A stretch of 64,000 nt of DNA from Malacoraja senta (taxonomy: Eukaryota), in assembly GCA_038087875.1 (NCBI GenBank), contig CM075987.1, positions 16,680,001-16,744,000 of the forward strand, written 5' to 3'. Below the pieces are notes generated by a model. It did no database searches. It saw only the letters and a list, made by a program, of their open reading frames with translations, and had not been told where the DNA came from. This document shows, piece after piece, positions 52,478 to 64,000 of the stretch. Every line of letters begins with the position of its first letter. Position 1 is the stretch's first letter. Position numbers and translations under genes: made by a program.

Positions 52478-52808
52478 AGATAGACACAAAATTCTAGAGT
52501 ACCTCCGCGGGTCAAGCTGCATCTCTGGGGGAAAAGGAATAGGTGATGTTTAGGGTCGAGACCCGTCAACAAACTGAGTCAGGGAGGGGGACTCTAGGGG
52601 TTTGGGAAGGTACAGAATAAAGCAGAGCCTGCATCGATGAATCAGGAAAGGTGGAGCCCACCATGGTCCATTGTTGGCTGGAGACGAGGTGATGACAAAG
52701 GAATACTGATGGTGAAATTAGCACTAGGGTGGGGGAGGGCTGGAGAGAGAGGGAATGCAAGGGTTGCTTGAAGTTAGAGAAATCAATATTCATGCTGTTG
52801 GGTTGTCG
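52478..52808 (-). mobile_element. PLE 3' fragment with about 12-bp TSD
   Basis: QPNSMNIDFSNFK ORF end; flanks AGATAATCCTGA / AGATAATTCTGA. Confidence 0.7.
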
Positions 52809-55800
52809 AGATAATTCTGATCAGAGTATACTGCTGGAAGCGCTCTGAACTTTAATGTTTATATTGGAAGCTGTTTAAAAATGGCCCAAGATAAGGGGAT
52901 CCGACACTCAGGTGGATCTGACCAGCTGGAGAGAGCCTAGTCTTCCAACTCTGCCTTTAGTTGACAGATATCACCCATGTGAGAGCTAGCAGTGCAACAG
53001 ATGCTGGTGTTCATGTACCATTACGTTGCGTTGAGGAGGCTTCTGCTGCCTCACTTAGAAAACTACACTCTCGTCATCTCCGTTGCACAAATTGGCAGCA
53101 TCTCCAGACAAAACATCAACTCCAAGCTGGTTAAGAATCACTTTTAGTTTTCTTTTGATGATTGAGTTTTCTTGGCTAGGAACTCAAATTCTAGTTGAGT
53201 TCCTTAACTTTGCTAAAAGAAACAAGTTGTCAAAAGAAACAACCTTTTAATTGTAAACAGTGTGATGTTCCCGCAGTGGTTGGAAAGGCAGCTGGGTATT
53301 TATATTCAGCAAAGCTTGGCAGAGGAAGTATTATAAGGCGGCTCCTGTTAATCTAAAGGACGAATGCAATAATGTGGCATTTCTTCAGATTCAGGTCTGC
53401 CAGCTCTTTAGTCGATGTTTATGTTCTCTCTTTGAGCTGGGAGTGTCCTACTTCTGATAGCTCAGCTCAACAGAGCTACTAAATAATCAAAAGGGTACAA
53501 TTTCACACCTAATCCTACTGAAAAGTCATGTTGGAGAAGGCAAGTGGAGCCAACAATGATCAAGTTAGACTATTTATAACTAAAGAGAATTTCAAAGCAG
53601 TCCCTTTACATCGGTGGAGACACCAGAAACTACAAAAGCTGGAATCGAGAGCAAAGCACAACACTCAGTGGTAGACAACAAATGCTGGAGAAACTCACAC
53701 TCAGTGGGTCAGCAACATCTATGGAGGGAATAGGCAAACAATGTTTCGGGTCTGAAGAAGTGTTCCATCCTGAAATATCCACAGATGCTGCCTGACCCAC
53801 TCAGTTCCTCCAGAACTTTGTGTTTTGCCTTTTTATCTGTGATGTTTTAAAAAAAAACTTACATCTTGTATATTTCCTAATTACAAAATGTGCCCTCCTA
53901 TTGTCAGCTTTTTTGTGTTTTCCTCCTTGGAAGGATTTGGTCCATAATGCCTGCTTTTGTGCTGACTCTCAGTGTTAGTTCATAACCTTGCAAGTTCCAA
54001 TTGCATCCTTTGTGCCGACAATTGCCTTGGTCATTATCTTTTCCTATTCACTTTTCCCTTCTCATCAGCTCAGTCTGCAACATATCCACAGATTAAACAT
54101 GATTAAAAGCCTTGGTTCAGAGATTACATTTTGAGTACAGCCACTGATTCAAGTACCTTTCACCTTTCCTAAATCTCTTTTCCCCTGAGTTTTTTCTCCA
54201 GATGATTTTTATACAAGTGAATGCAAAATGTGGCACAAATCAATGCAAACAGACACCATTTCCAGCAAACCAGCATACTGCAGTAGAAATAGTACAGGGA
54301 CGGACATCTTGTCATATTTAAGAATGCTCATGCATCTAAAAATGAGTTTACCACAAAGGAATTATCCATTGTCTGGTCCACCTCCAGTAATACAACTTTA
54401 ACTTTCCGAAAATGCTTTCTACAAATATAGAAACATGACTAGTAATTTTGATGTACAGAAGCCAGTTCCAATATCAATTTTAGAAATATACAGGGAAAGC
54501 TTTGGATGTCTGCCAGGTTTACAGTGGAACTGGCTATGAGAAGTACTTGAAAAAAAATTAACCCAAAAGATTGCACAAGGTTGAACCACATGAAGTTAGA
54601 ACAGTACAGCACAGGAATAGGTCTGTCAGCCCACAATGTCCGTACCGAACATGATGCCATGTTAAACTGATCTCCACTGCCTGCACATAATCCATATCCC
54701 TTCATTTTCTGCACATCCTGTGCCTATCTAAAAGCCTCCTAAATGTCACTATCATATATCTGCCGTGACCACCACCCCTGGCAGTACATTCCAGGCACCC
54801 CTCGCTCTCTGGGTAAATCAAATTGCCCCATACATTTCCATTGCCCATCTTGCCTTAAAGGTATGCACTGTGGTCCTTGATATTCCCACTCTGGGAAAAA
54901 GAGTCTGTCTATCCTATCTGTGCCAATCACAATTTTATATACTTCTTAGATCTCTATGTAATTTGCCAGATTAAAATTCCCCAGAGATTCTGTACCAATT
55001 TCAAGCCAATTTTGTGAAGACCCTGTGTAAAACCTTAATGTTGCACACCTTGGAAAATTGTCCTCCTGTCTCTAACTCTAAAGACTCTCTGTGCTCAGTT
55101 TAGTTTCTCACTGCATTAAGAGATTTGACTAATGGAGTATAAATGCAACACAAATTTGCTTCTGAAGGAAATGCACTGACTTTTGGAAGCATAAACACCC
55201 ACACTACAGATACTGCTACACCTTTAAGTAAAGTTGGGCAAAGAACTGAAGTGCTGAATAACTTCTCTCAGAGTACAAGATCTTGGCCCTCTCATGTAAG
55301 TAGCTTGGCTTGTGAAAGGAGAAAGCCAATTATTATCCAGCCAAGCTTCCATCATGTTAGAAACTGCTATTTTACTGAGTGAGGAAACTGAACAAATTAT
55401 TGCAGGAGCCATATATATATTTGTAATCAGCATAGCATTGCACCGAATGTGAAAATAAATAACATACATTATATGACGTACAATTCCTTGTTGAACCACT
55501 CTATCAGTTAATTCCTCATAGGAAATAATAAGAGGATTTCAAACCATATTTCCCACTGAGGTAACTATATTATACGCCTGGCAGAATGATGTAATGCATA
55601 TAGCACTCTGGTAGTGTGCAAACTCACATAAAAAGGGACTGGAACATTCGAGCTTCATATTATTGTTGGCCACAAGGTGGAATTCTGACCTCAGGAAATT
55701 TCTGAAACACAGAAACGTAATGACTGAGTATTTAATGTTCTTGAACACATGACTCGGTGCTGAGACAACCCAGACAGGACACATCTGCAGAGTACGCTGT

Positions 55801-55874
55801 GGAGTGAGGTCATCTCTAATACTGTGACATTGAAAGGACTTGGGTTTGTACCTACCTTGCGATGTCCCAAAGAG

Positions 55875-56200
55875 TTTAGTTTAGTTTAGACACTGCAGGC
55901 TCTTCAGCTCACCGAGTCCACGTCTACCATCGATCACCCTTTCACACCCGTTCTATGCTATCCCACTTTTTCATCCACGACCTACACATTGGGGGTAAAT
56001 TTACAGAGGCCAATTAACCTACAAACCCAGGATGTGGGAGGAAACAGGAGCACCCAGTGGAAACCGGAGCACCCAGAGGACACCCATTCAGTCACAGGGA
56101 GAACATGCAAACTCCACACAGACAGCAACTAAGGAAATGATCGTACCTAGGTCTCTGGCGCTGTGAGGCAGTGGCTCTAGCGGCTGTAGCGCTGTGCGCC
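55875..56200 (-). mobile_element. HE1-type V-SINE
   Basis: Reverse-complement consensus match. Confidence 0.8.
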
Positions 56201-56973
56201 CTAAATATTTATAGGACAACGTGTCCTTTTGTAATATCAAGAGTCAAGAGAATCAAGTGTTTTATTGTCATATGTCCCAGATAGAACAATGACATTCTTA
56301 CTTGTCGCAGTTTTTACTTGCAGAACAATATTGTTTCTGTCATGCTGTGGAATGCTATTGTAGCAGAAAATACCGTTGTAGTGTAGTTATCCTATTGTCA
56401 CGTGCACTGATTCTAAAACTAGAGGGCAGAATTTTAAGCGGGACCTCAGGGGCAAGTTTTCACTCGGAGGATAATCCGTATCTGAAATGAGCTGCCAGAG
56501 GAAGCTATAGGAGCAGATACCTTTTTAGCAGGCATTTGAACACATATAAGGAGATGAGAGGTTTAGTGGACTATGGGGCAAATGGAGGCAAATGGGACTA
56601 GCCCAATATGCCAACTCAGTCGGTATGGACAAGCTGGGCTGAGGAGCTGTACAGCTCTATGACTCTGCCATGCCCCAAGCTGATACTGGGGCTCCAACTC
56701 ATAGAATGACCAGTTGAGCAAGTCCTGTGGAATTGAGCTCCAGAGGGGCAGCCATTTAAGGGAAGGAGCAGGGAGGATGGAATCACTCGACAAAAGGAGG
56801 CCCTTCGAAAAGACAACCACGTTTGTTCCAATCTTTCCCCACAGCTTGTGCAGCATCCATCTTTCAGCCTCTGCAAAGCTGCTAATGGATCTGTTTCTAC
56901 CACTTGTTCAACTCATGCATTGTTGATCACACCAAACCTGGAGCGTTGCTGAATGTACATTTTTCTCTTCCAG

Positions 56974-57214
56974 TGAGGAATACAAGGAGGTTTACCCCAA
57001 ACGAGACCTGTTGGCTTTTTCCGTCAACCCTCTCCTGGTGTTCCCCACCCACTACACCGGAGAACCCGGATGGTTCAGCGACACGGAATCCTCCACCATT
57101 TGGGATGATGACTTGGTGAAGACGGATTGGAGCGGCTCTCAGAAAACAGTGAAGGCCTCACAGACAGGAACGTCACGTCAGTCCTTTGGATCTGCCTCAA
57201 GGGATGAACTGTAA
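56974..57214 (+). CDS. CERCAM: CERCAM-like last coding exon, C-terminal RDEL
   Basis: ttccag|T GAG... encodes EEYKEVYPKRDLLAFSVNPLLVFPTHYTGEPGWFSDTESSTIWDDDLVKTDWSGSQKTVK...SASRDEL then TAA. WDDD and WSGSQKT are CERCAM-type. Confidence 0.95.
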
Positions 57215-57230
57215 TCAGCGTCAGTGTAAG

Positions 57231-57236
57231 GTAAGG
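57231..57236 (+). other. Probable 5' splice donor of a 3'UTR intron
   Basis: Near-consensus AAG|gtaagg 16 nt after the stop codon. Confidence 0.6.
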
Positions 57237-57436
57237 CAGGAAAAATAGACTTATTCGCATAAATTCTTCGTCCATCATTGCCTGAGTAGAAAGTTCCACT
57301 CCTCAACAGGTCAGTGGGTAAATTCAGACCAGTGACGACAGCCTGCCAGCATCTGCTGCACTGATCCTGAGGGACCATCTGGCTTCACACGTCTTGAACC
57401 CTACTCCACCAAAGGACCAGAGAATTTGATGGCATA

Positions 57437-57753
57437 ATGGAGTCCAGAACCAGGGGCCACAGTCTTAGAATAAAGGGGAGGCCATTTAAGACTGAGGTGA
57501 GAAAGAACTTTTTCACCCAGAGAGTTGTGAATTTGTGGAATTCCCTGCCACAGAGGGCAGTGGAGGCCAAATCACTGGATGGATTTATGAGAGAGTTAGA
57601 TAGAACTCTAGGGGCTAGCGGAATCAAAGGATATGGGGAGAAGGCAGACACGAGTTATTGATTGGGGACGATCAGCCATGATCACAATGAATGGCGGTGC
57701 TGGCTCGAAGGGCCAAACGGCCTTCTCCTGCACCTATTTTCTATGTTTCTATG
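57437..57753 (+). mobile_element. CR1 LINE 3' fragment
   Basis: ESRTRGHSLRIKGRPFKTEVRKNFFTQRVVNLWNSLP; tail. Confidence 0.9.
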
Positions 57754-59050
57754 AAACTTGATTTAACTCGAGTTGAGATAGGAGATCATTTGCTAGACTG
57801 GTAGAACTCAGAATCATTGCCTTCCCATTAGGGGATTTAATCTGCGCTATTTAATGATCAGCTCCCAAGCCAACTAGACCATTTACATCATCAGTCCAGG
57901 AAGTGATGACGTTGCTGTTGAGGGTTAGACATTTGTCTTCGAATTCAATCACAGTTGTATCTTCCCGTTTGCTGTATCTATTGTGCTGGAGATTGACTTG
58001 ACTTTTACTTGTATGGCATATCTGATCTCTTTGGATAGCATGCAAACAAAGCTTTTCACTGTACCTCGGCACATGTGACATTAATAAACCTCTACCTAAA
58101 CCAAATCAGGTCAACCCCTCGGGACTTAAGAACATGTTTAGAAGCCTCTCTTCTCTGGTTACAGGTACCTGCATTTCTTTGGATCTTTTACAACCTTTGA
58201 TCTAAGGCTCTTTATAGTCTGGAGAATGTAATGGCATAATGAGAACTATGCCCTCTAGTTCTGGGGGAAAAGACTGTGCATTCACCTTGTCTATTCCCTC
58301 ACGATTGTATACACCTCTCTAAGATCACTGCTCAGCCTCTGTCACGCCAAGGAATAAAATGCTAGCCCACTCAACCTCTCCCTATATCTCAGACCCTTGA
58401 GTCATGACAACATTCTTGTGAATCGTCTCTACATTGTTTCCAGCTTAATGGCATCTTTCCTATCACACGGTGACCTAAACTATACACAACTGTTTCAATG
58501 TTTACTAGGAATCTCCAGAATAATATAATGGGACCTAATACATGTATCTGACAGTCCGTACGGGGGCATTTTTTCACATCCATCAGTAAATTGCTGTGAC
58601 TCATCCAATGGTTCAATGTATAGAATAGAGAAATATCCCAGCCATGAGCTTCATATCACTTGACCCCTCCCTCCCCCCACCTGAGCGGGACGGGCACAGA
58701 GCGAATGTAAAGTGTGACTAGATGGGGTATGAACAGTGAATATACATTTCTTTATTGCCCCCAATTCTCTATCTCTTTCTCTCTCTCGCCCCCCTCTCCT
58801 TCTCATCCTTCCCCTCTCTCTCTCCATCCCTCTTACTGAAACGCACAAACATACAGTTGGCCAGTTCAGTCTATCACCCTTGTCTCCCTGCCTTTGTTCT
58901 CCCTAGTCAGTTCATTGCTTTTCAGGTTAACACATCAGGCGCCCTCCTGGCCTCTTCCTGGCCACACAATCCTGCATTCCCTCAGAGTTTTTTTATGTTT
59001 GAATGGGTGACGTTTGAACCCACAACCTGTGCAAGAGTGCTAACCAGTAA

Positions 59051-60267
59051 AGGGCCTGTCCCACTTTCCCAAGTTATTCACAAGTTCTCCCGAGTTTTCC
59101 CCTTGATTCAAACTCGGCGAATGTCCGTAGCGAGTCCGTAGGAGGCCGTAGATATTTTGTAGCGGCTCGTAATGCCAGCCTTAGGTACTCGGGGCATCAG
59201 GTAAGTCGGGACGTTTTTTTCAGCATGTTGAAAAATGTCCACGAGTAAAAAAAATAGCCCCGAGTACCTACGGCTGGCTATAGAAAGTAGGCGCGAGAGC
59301 AGACCACCAGGCCCATCGAGCCCACACCGCCACTCGCTCATGGCTGAACACTAAACAGACACCCTTACCCACAAACAGTAGACACAAGACACAGAACACA
59401 AGACACTACCCTCCCCTTTATATCGCTATCACCCCTCTCCACCCCAAGAACCGCGTGATCTCCTGGGGGAGGCAAAAAACCGGATAAAAACCCAGGTCCA
59501 ATTCGGGAAAAAAATCCGGGAAATTCCTCTCCGACCCCAATCCAGGCGATCGACACTTGTCCAGGAGATCACTCAGGTCTTACTATACTAACCATACCTA
59601 GGTCCATATCCCTGCCCTCTCCCCGTAGCCCCTTATCCCCTTGGCAGCTAAAAAACCATCTATTTTAGACTTAAATATATTTAATGTTTCTGCTTCCACT
59701 GCTCCCTGGGGCAGTGAATTCCATAAATTAACCACCCTCTGGGTGAAGAAGTTCTTCCTCATCTCAGTTTTAAAAGAGCCCCCTCTTATTCTACAACTAT
59801 GTCCCCTAGTTCTAGTTTCCCCGATCATTGGGAACATCCTCGGTGCATCCACCCGATCAAGGCCCCTCACGATCTTATATGTTTCAATGAGATCGCCTCT
59901 CATTCTTCTAAACTCCAAAGAGTAGAGTTCCAGCCTACTTAACCTTTCCTCATATGTCAATCCCCTCATTGCAGGAATTAATCTTGTAAACCTTCGCTGC
60001 ACTGCCTCCAGGGCCAGTACATCCTTTCTTAAGTATGGACCCCAGAACTGTACACAGTATTCCAAATGTGGTCTCACTAATACTGTGTACAGCTGCAGCA
60101 AGACCTCCGTGTTTTTATACTCAATCCCCCTAGCAATAAAGGCCAAAACTCCATTGGCCTTCCTGATTGCTTGCTGCACCTGCATACTATTACCGTAATT
60201 CTCTGAGTTTGAATCAAGGGAAAAACTCGGGAGAATTTGTGAGTAACTCGGGAAAGTGGGACAAGTC
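59051..60267. mobile_element. Harbinger-like MITE split by a CR1 insertion
   Basis: Long imperfect TIRs at 59051-59117 and about 60200-60267; the interior is related to 14291-14610. Confidence 0.8.
59282..60187 (-). mobile_element. CR1 LINE 3' fragment with an extended 3'UTR
   Basis: Minus ORF MQVQQAIRKANG..VRPHLEYCVQFWGP..; short CTAT duplication at the junctions. Confidence 0.9.
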
Positions 60268-60751
60268 ACCCTGCACATTGTGTATCAAAGTAGTAATCAC
60301 TGTGTTTTGTTACGTTGTTGTATAGGAGCTAAAATGTTTTGAAGGACTGATATGACCACTCAACTATATTTAAAAAGTCAAATTAAATTTAGTGTTCCTG
60401 TAAATATAAAGAAATGTATCTATTCTCAGAAAATGAGTTGCTGAGCTCATTTACTGAGCGATGTTATTTTGAGTGGGTAATGAGGATGCTCCAGCTGTAA
60501 TCAGTGGGACTGCCTTAAGCTTCTGTGCACACCAGGCAACTTGATCTTCAGTGTTCCCAGGGATCTCCTGGCATGGGGGCCTAGACCTTCCCATTACATA
60601 TGTTGCAGGTGTCGTTCAGATTATAGGTACATGGCTGAGAAATGCAAAGCACAAGAATAAATGGGCTGACTGTTTACTGGGTAAAGCTACCCTTCCTGAG
60701 AAAACAATGGGTCACTCCACTGGCCTCACACTCCAAAGAGCTGAACACTAA

Positions 60752-61040
60752 TGGCCCTGTCTCACGGTGCGAGTCCACCCACGAGTGATCCCGAGTTTAA
60801 AACAAATCAAACTCGTGGTAATCACGTAGAATTAACGTAGCGGGAACGTCGGAACTCGTAACGCTAACGGCAGGTACTCGGGAAACTTGTTCACTAGTGA
60901 AAATCTTTCAACATGATGAAAGATTTCCACGAGTCAAATTTACTCTTGAAGTAAAAATTTTAAACTTTTAAACTCGTAAGAACGTAGTGGCCGTGAGTTT
61001 ACCTTAGTGACTCGTGCGTCTACCTTGGGCACTCTTTAAC
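60752..61040. mobile_element. Truncated MITE of the CCCTGTCCCAC family fused to a PLE-derived unit
   Basis: Left TIR GGCCCTGTCTCACGGTGCGAG; the interior resembles 14291-14610. Confidence 0.65.
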
Positions 61041-62134
61041 TCAGCGGGACAGGCAGCATCTCTGGAGAGAAGGAATGGGTGACGGGATGATGTTTCCAAA
61101 ATTCTGCTGCGTCTTTGTGTTACTCCAGCACTGTGTGTTCACTTTTTGTCAACCAGCATCTGCCCTTTCTTGTGTATGACATTATTTGATCCGTGGCAGT
61201 TGATTGTCGCTCCCTTCAGTTTCCCAGGGGGAGGTTGCGTAGGCTGGGTCTCTGTGGGAGGAAACCGGAACACCCGGAAGAAACCCATGCAGTCACAGGG
61301 AGAACGTGCAAACTCCAGACAGGCAGTACCCGTGGTCAAGATCGAACCCAGGTCTCTGGAACTGTGATGCAACAGCTCCACCAACTACACCACTGTGCCA
61401 CTCTTATTTCCCTCTCATAAAGAAAGTAAATCTTATTTTACATTCTCTGTTTTCAGAAGGTGAACGTTCTCAGGAAGTTGGTGTTTCGGACCGACAGAAC
61501 TGCCAAACAATGAACAAAGATCGGCCAGCTGAAATGTTGTGGACTTCTTTCAAAGTTCACCTGCCAGAGACAGGCCAGACAACCAGTCAGAGAAACTTGG
61601 ATGACGAGCAACATGATTCAGTTCCATCTCAGGCCTTCACCTGTGTGTAGTATGAAGATGGTACCCACTGCCCAAAAGGCAAATCACTGACTTAAACGCA
61701 AAATAATCCAGCTTGTCAACAAGAAACATAAAATATTGTACAGATAGATCTTTCAACATTTCTAAACTGCAAAAAACAATTTACGATCGGCTCTTTATTG
61801 ATATGCACCCAATATGTAGTCAGCAATGTTAATAATGCCAGTGCTTAAAACAGAATGTTTTAGAACTTCCTGCTGGTCCTGTGTGCTTCCACAGTGCTGA
61901 GACGCAGCAGGCTGTGTAAGCATAGAGAGGATTGGTGCCCTAGTTGAGATCACGAGATTGTATACCAGGGAAAGAGGGAAAATGAGCGAAACATCAAGTC
62001 GATGCAGAATGGGCTAAGCAGCTTCCTTCTGTGTTGTATCATTCAATTATTCTGTGAATTTCAGCCTGCAACTCTTTGAAACTCCTCGGTAGGTAAAAAG
62101 CAAGGCAAAAGATGCTGTAAATTGCTGGAGATCA

Positions 62135-62495
62135 TAGGGTCATAAGTGATAGGAGCAGAATTAGGCCATTCGGCCCATCTACACCATTCAATCATGGCAG
62201 ATTTATTTCTCCCTTCTAACCCCATTCTCCTGCCTTCTCCCCATAACCCCCAACACCTGTACTAATCAAGAATCTATCTATGTCTGCTATAAAAAATATC
62301 TATTGACTTGACCTGCACAACTTTAGGTGGCAAAGAATTCCATAGATTCACCACCCTCTGACTAAAGAAATTCCTCCTCATCTCCTTCCTAAAGGAACGT
62401 CCTTTAATTCTGAGACTATGACCTCTAGTCCTAGGCTCTCCCACTAGTGGGAAAATCCTCTCCACATCCACTTTATCCAAGCCTTTCACTATCCG
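62135..62495 (-). mobile_element. CR1 LINE 3' fragment
   Basis: Minus ORF KGLDKVDVERIFPLVGEPRTRGHSL. Confidence 0.85.
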
Positions 62496-62816
62496 GGAAG
62501 GTCATACCTCTAAATAAACATACCCTCACTTCATGATCTCCTAATGGCTGTCTCCTGCTGTGATAGTAATCTGTAGAAACAGAGGTTTGAGGATTATTTG
62601 ATGGCAGCTGGTAAGGACTGGGATGGAGTCACTGTGCAGACACTGGGAGAGATCAGTTCCTTTATGATCAAGTCACACCAAGCCTACTGGGTGTGTTACT
62701 TGTAAGATTGCAAAGGAAGCTCATAGGGAATTAACAGCCAATGTGAGACTATTGTAAGTCCAGTGGCCCATGGCCTAGATGTTTGAAGAACAAACAATGG
62801 AATGATTTACATTCAA

Positions 62817-63185
62817 TAGTGAAAGGCTTGGATAGAGTGGATGTGGAGAGGGTGTTCCCACTAGTGGGAGAGTCTAGGACTAGAGATCATAGTCTTAGAA
62901 TTAAAGGACATTCTTTTAGGAAGGAGATGAAATTAAATTTCTTTAGTCAGAGTGTGGTGAATCTGTGCAATTCTTTTCTGCTAGAAGGCTGTAGAGGCCA
63001 AGTCAGTGGATATTTTTAAGGCAGAGATAGATTGATTTTTGATTAGTACAGGTGTCAGAGGTTATGGGGAGAAGGCAGGAGAATGACGTTAGGAGGGAGA
63101 GATAGATCAGCCATGATTGAATGGCAGAGTAGACTTGATGGGCCGGATGGCCTAATTTTGTTCCTATCACATATAACCTTATGAC
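62817..63185 (+). mobile_element. CR1 LINE 3' fragment
   Basis: KGLDRVDVERVFPLVGESRTRDHSL; inverted relative to 62135-62495. Confidence 0.85.
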
Positions 63186-63289
63186 CAAATTCCTAACTAA
63201 TTTTAGAATAGCAAACCAACCTCTATTCACTATCTTTGGTGGGGAGGATGGACTGTTCAAAATGTTTTGCTTGAAATGTTTTTACCCAA

Positions 63290-63930
63290 CTTCACAAGTG
63301 TTTATTTGCCATATGAAGAGAACAATAACATTCTTTGTTGCTGCAGCTTTACAGGCACGTTAGAGGCAATAATAACGATATACAATAAATTATCGATTAA
63401 TGTTAGTGCAAAAAAACAAAATACATAGAGCAACCATAGTAGTGCAAAGTGTGCTGAGGTAGGGTTGTGGTTAAGGTTGTGCAGAGTGGTTCAAGAACCT
63501 GATGGTTGATGGAAAGAAACTGTTCTTAAACCTGAAAGTTAAGGTTCTCAGGCTTCTGTACCCTCTTCCTGATGGTAGCAGCAAAATGAGAGCATGGTCA
63601 GGATGCTATGGATCTTTGATGATGTTAACTGCCTTCTTGATTCCTGTGGATCCCTTCAATGATGAGAAGGACAATGCCTGTGATGGACCGGGCAATGTCC
63701 ACCACTTTCTGCAACCCGATCATTCTTTAGCGTCTGAGTAACAGAACCAGGCCGTGATGCATACAGTCAATATGCTCTCTACTGCACACCTGTACAAGTC
63801 CAATAGGGTATTTGCCAACATGCTGAATCTCTTCAAACTTCTGAGGAAGTAGAGGCATTGTTGAGCTTCTTTGTGATTGCATCAATGTTCTGGGTGAAGA
63901 CAAATCATCAGAGATGTGTACGCCCAGGAA
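63290..63930 (-). mobile_element. Rex1/Babar-like LINE 3' fragment
   Basis: Homologous to 8320-9058 (FLGVHISDDLS..). Confidence 0.7.
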
Positions 63931-64000
63931 CGAACCATACACCTATTTAAATTGGCAGGATGGCAGACATTGGGGTTTTTTCTCTCCTGAATGTAAAAAC

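Noticed and set aside
4842..57214. Assignment as COLGALT1 or COLGALT2
   Set aside because: The exon 5, 9, 11 and 12 signatures and the 204-nt exon fit CERCAM better. A phylogeny is still needed to confirm.

Overview
Repeat-rich vertebrate genomic DNA, most likely from a cartilaginous fish (skate/ray-like). That inference rests on HE1-type V-SINEs and HER1/CR1-type LINEs. The + strand carries 11 coding exons (homologous to exons 2-12; exon 1 lies upstream of the window) of a glycosyltransferase-25 (COLGALT family) gene, 4842-57214. It is best matched to CERCAM and ends in the ER-retention signal RDEL. All junctions are GT-AG and phase-compatible except one: the first exon in the window is 110 nt, 1 nt short, which frameshifts the gene as assembled. 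A splice donor 16 nt after the stop suggests a 3'UTR intron. Introns are filled with CR1-type LINE fragments (one 2.2-kb copy has an open RT ORF), V-SINEs, Rex1-like and RTE-like fragments, Harbinger-like MITEs, a hAT element and a probable Helitron. The most notable non-genic signal is a family of short Penelope-like-element (PLE)-derived units. They carry minimal hammerhead-ribozyme-like motifs, are often fold-back, and several are flanked by 12-16 bp target-site duplications. Most ORFs in the supplied track are repeat artefacts. Homology calls come from recalled sequences, not database searches.
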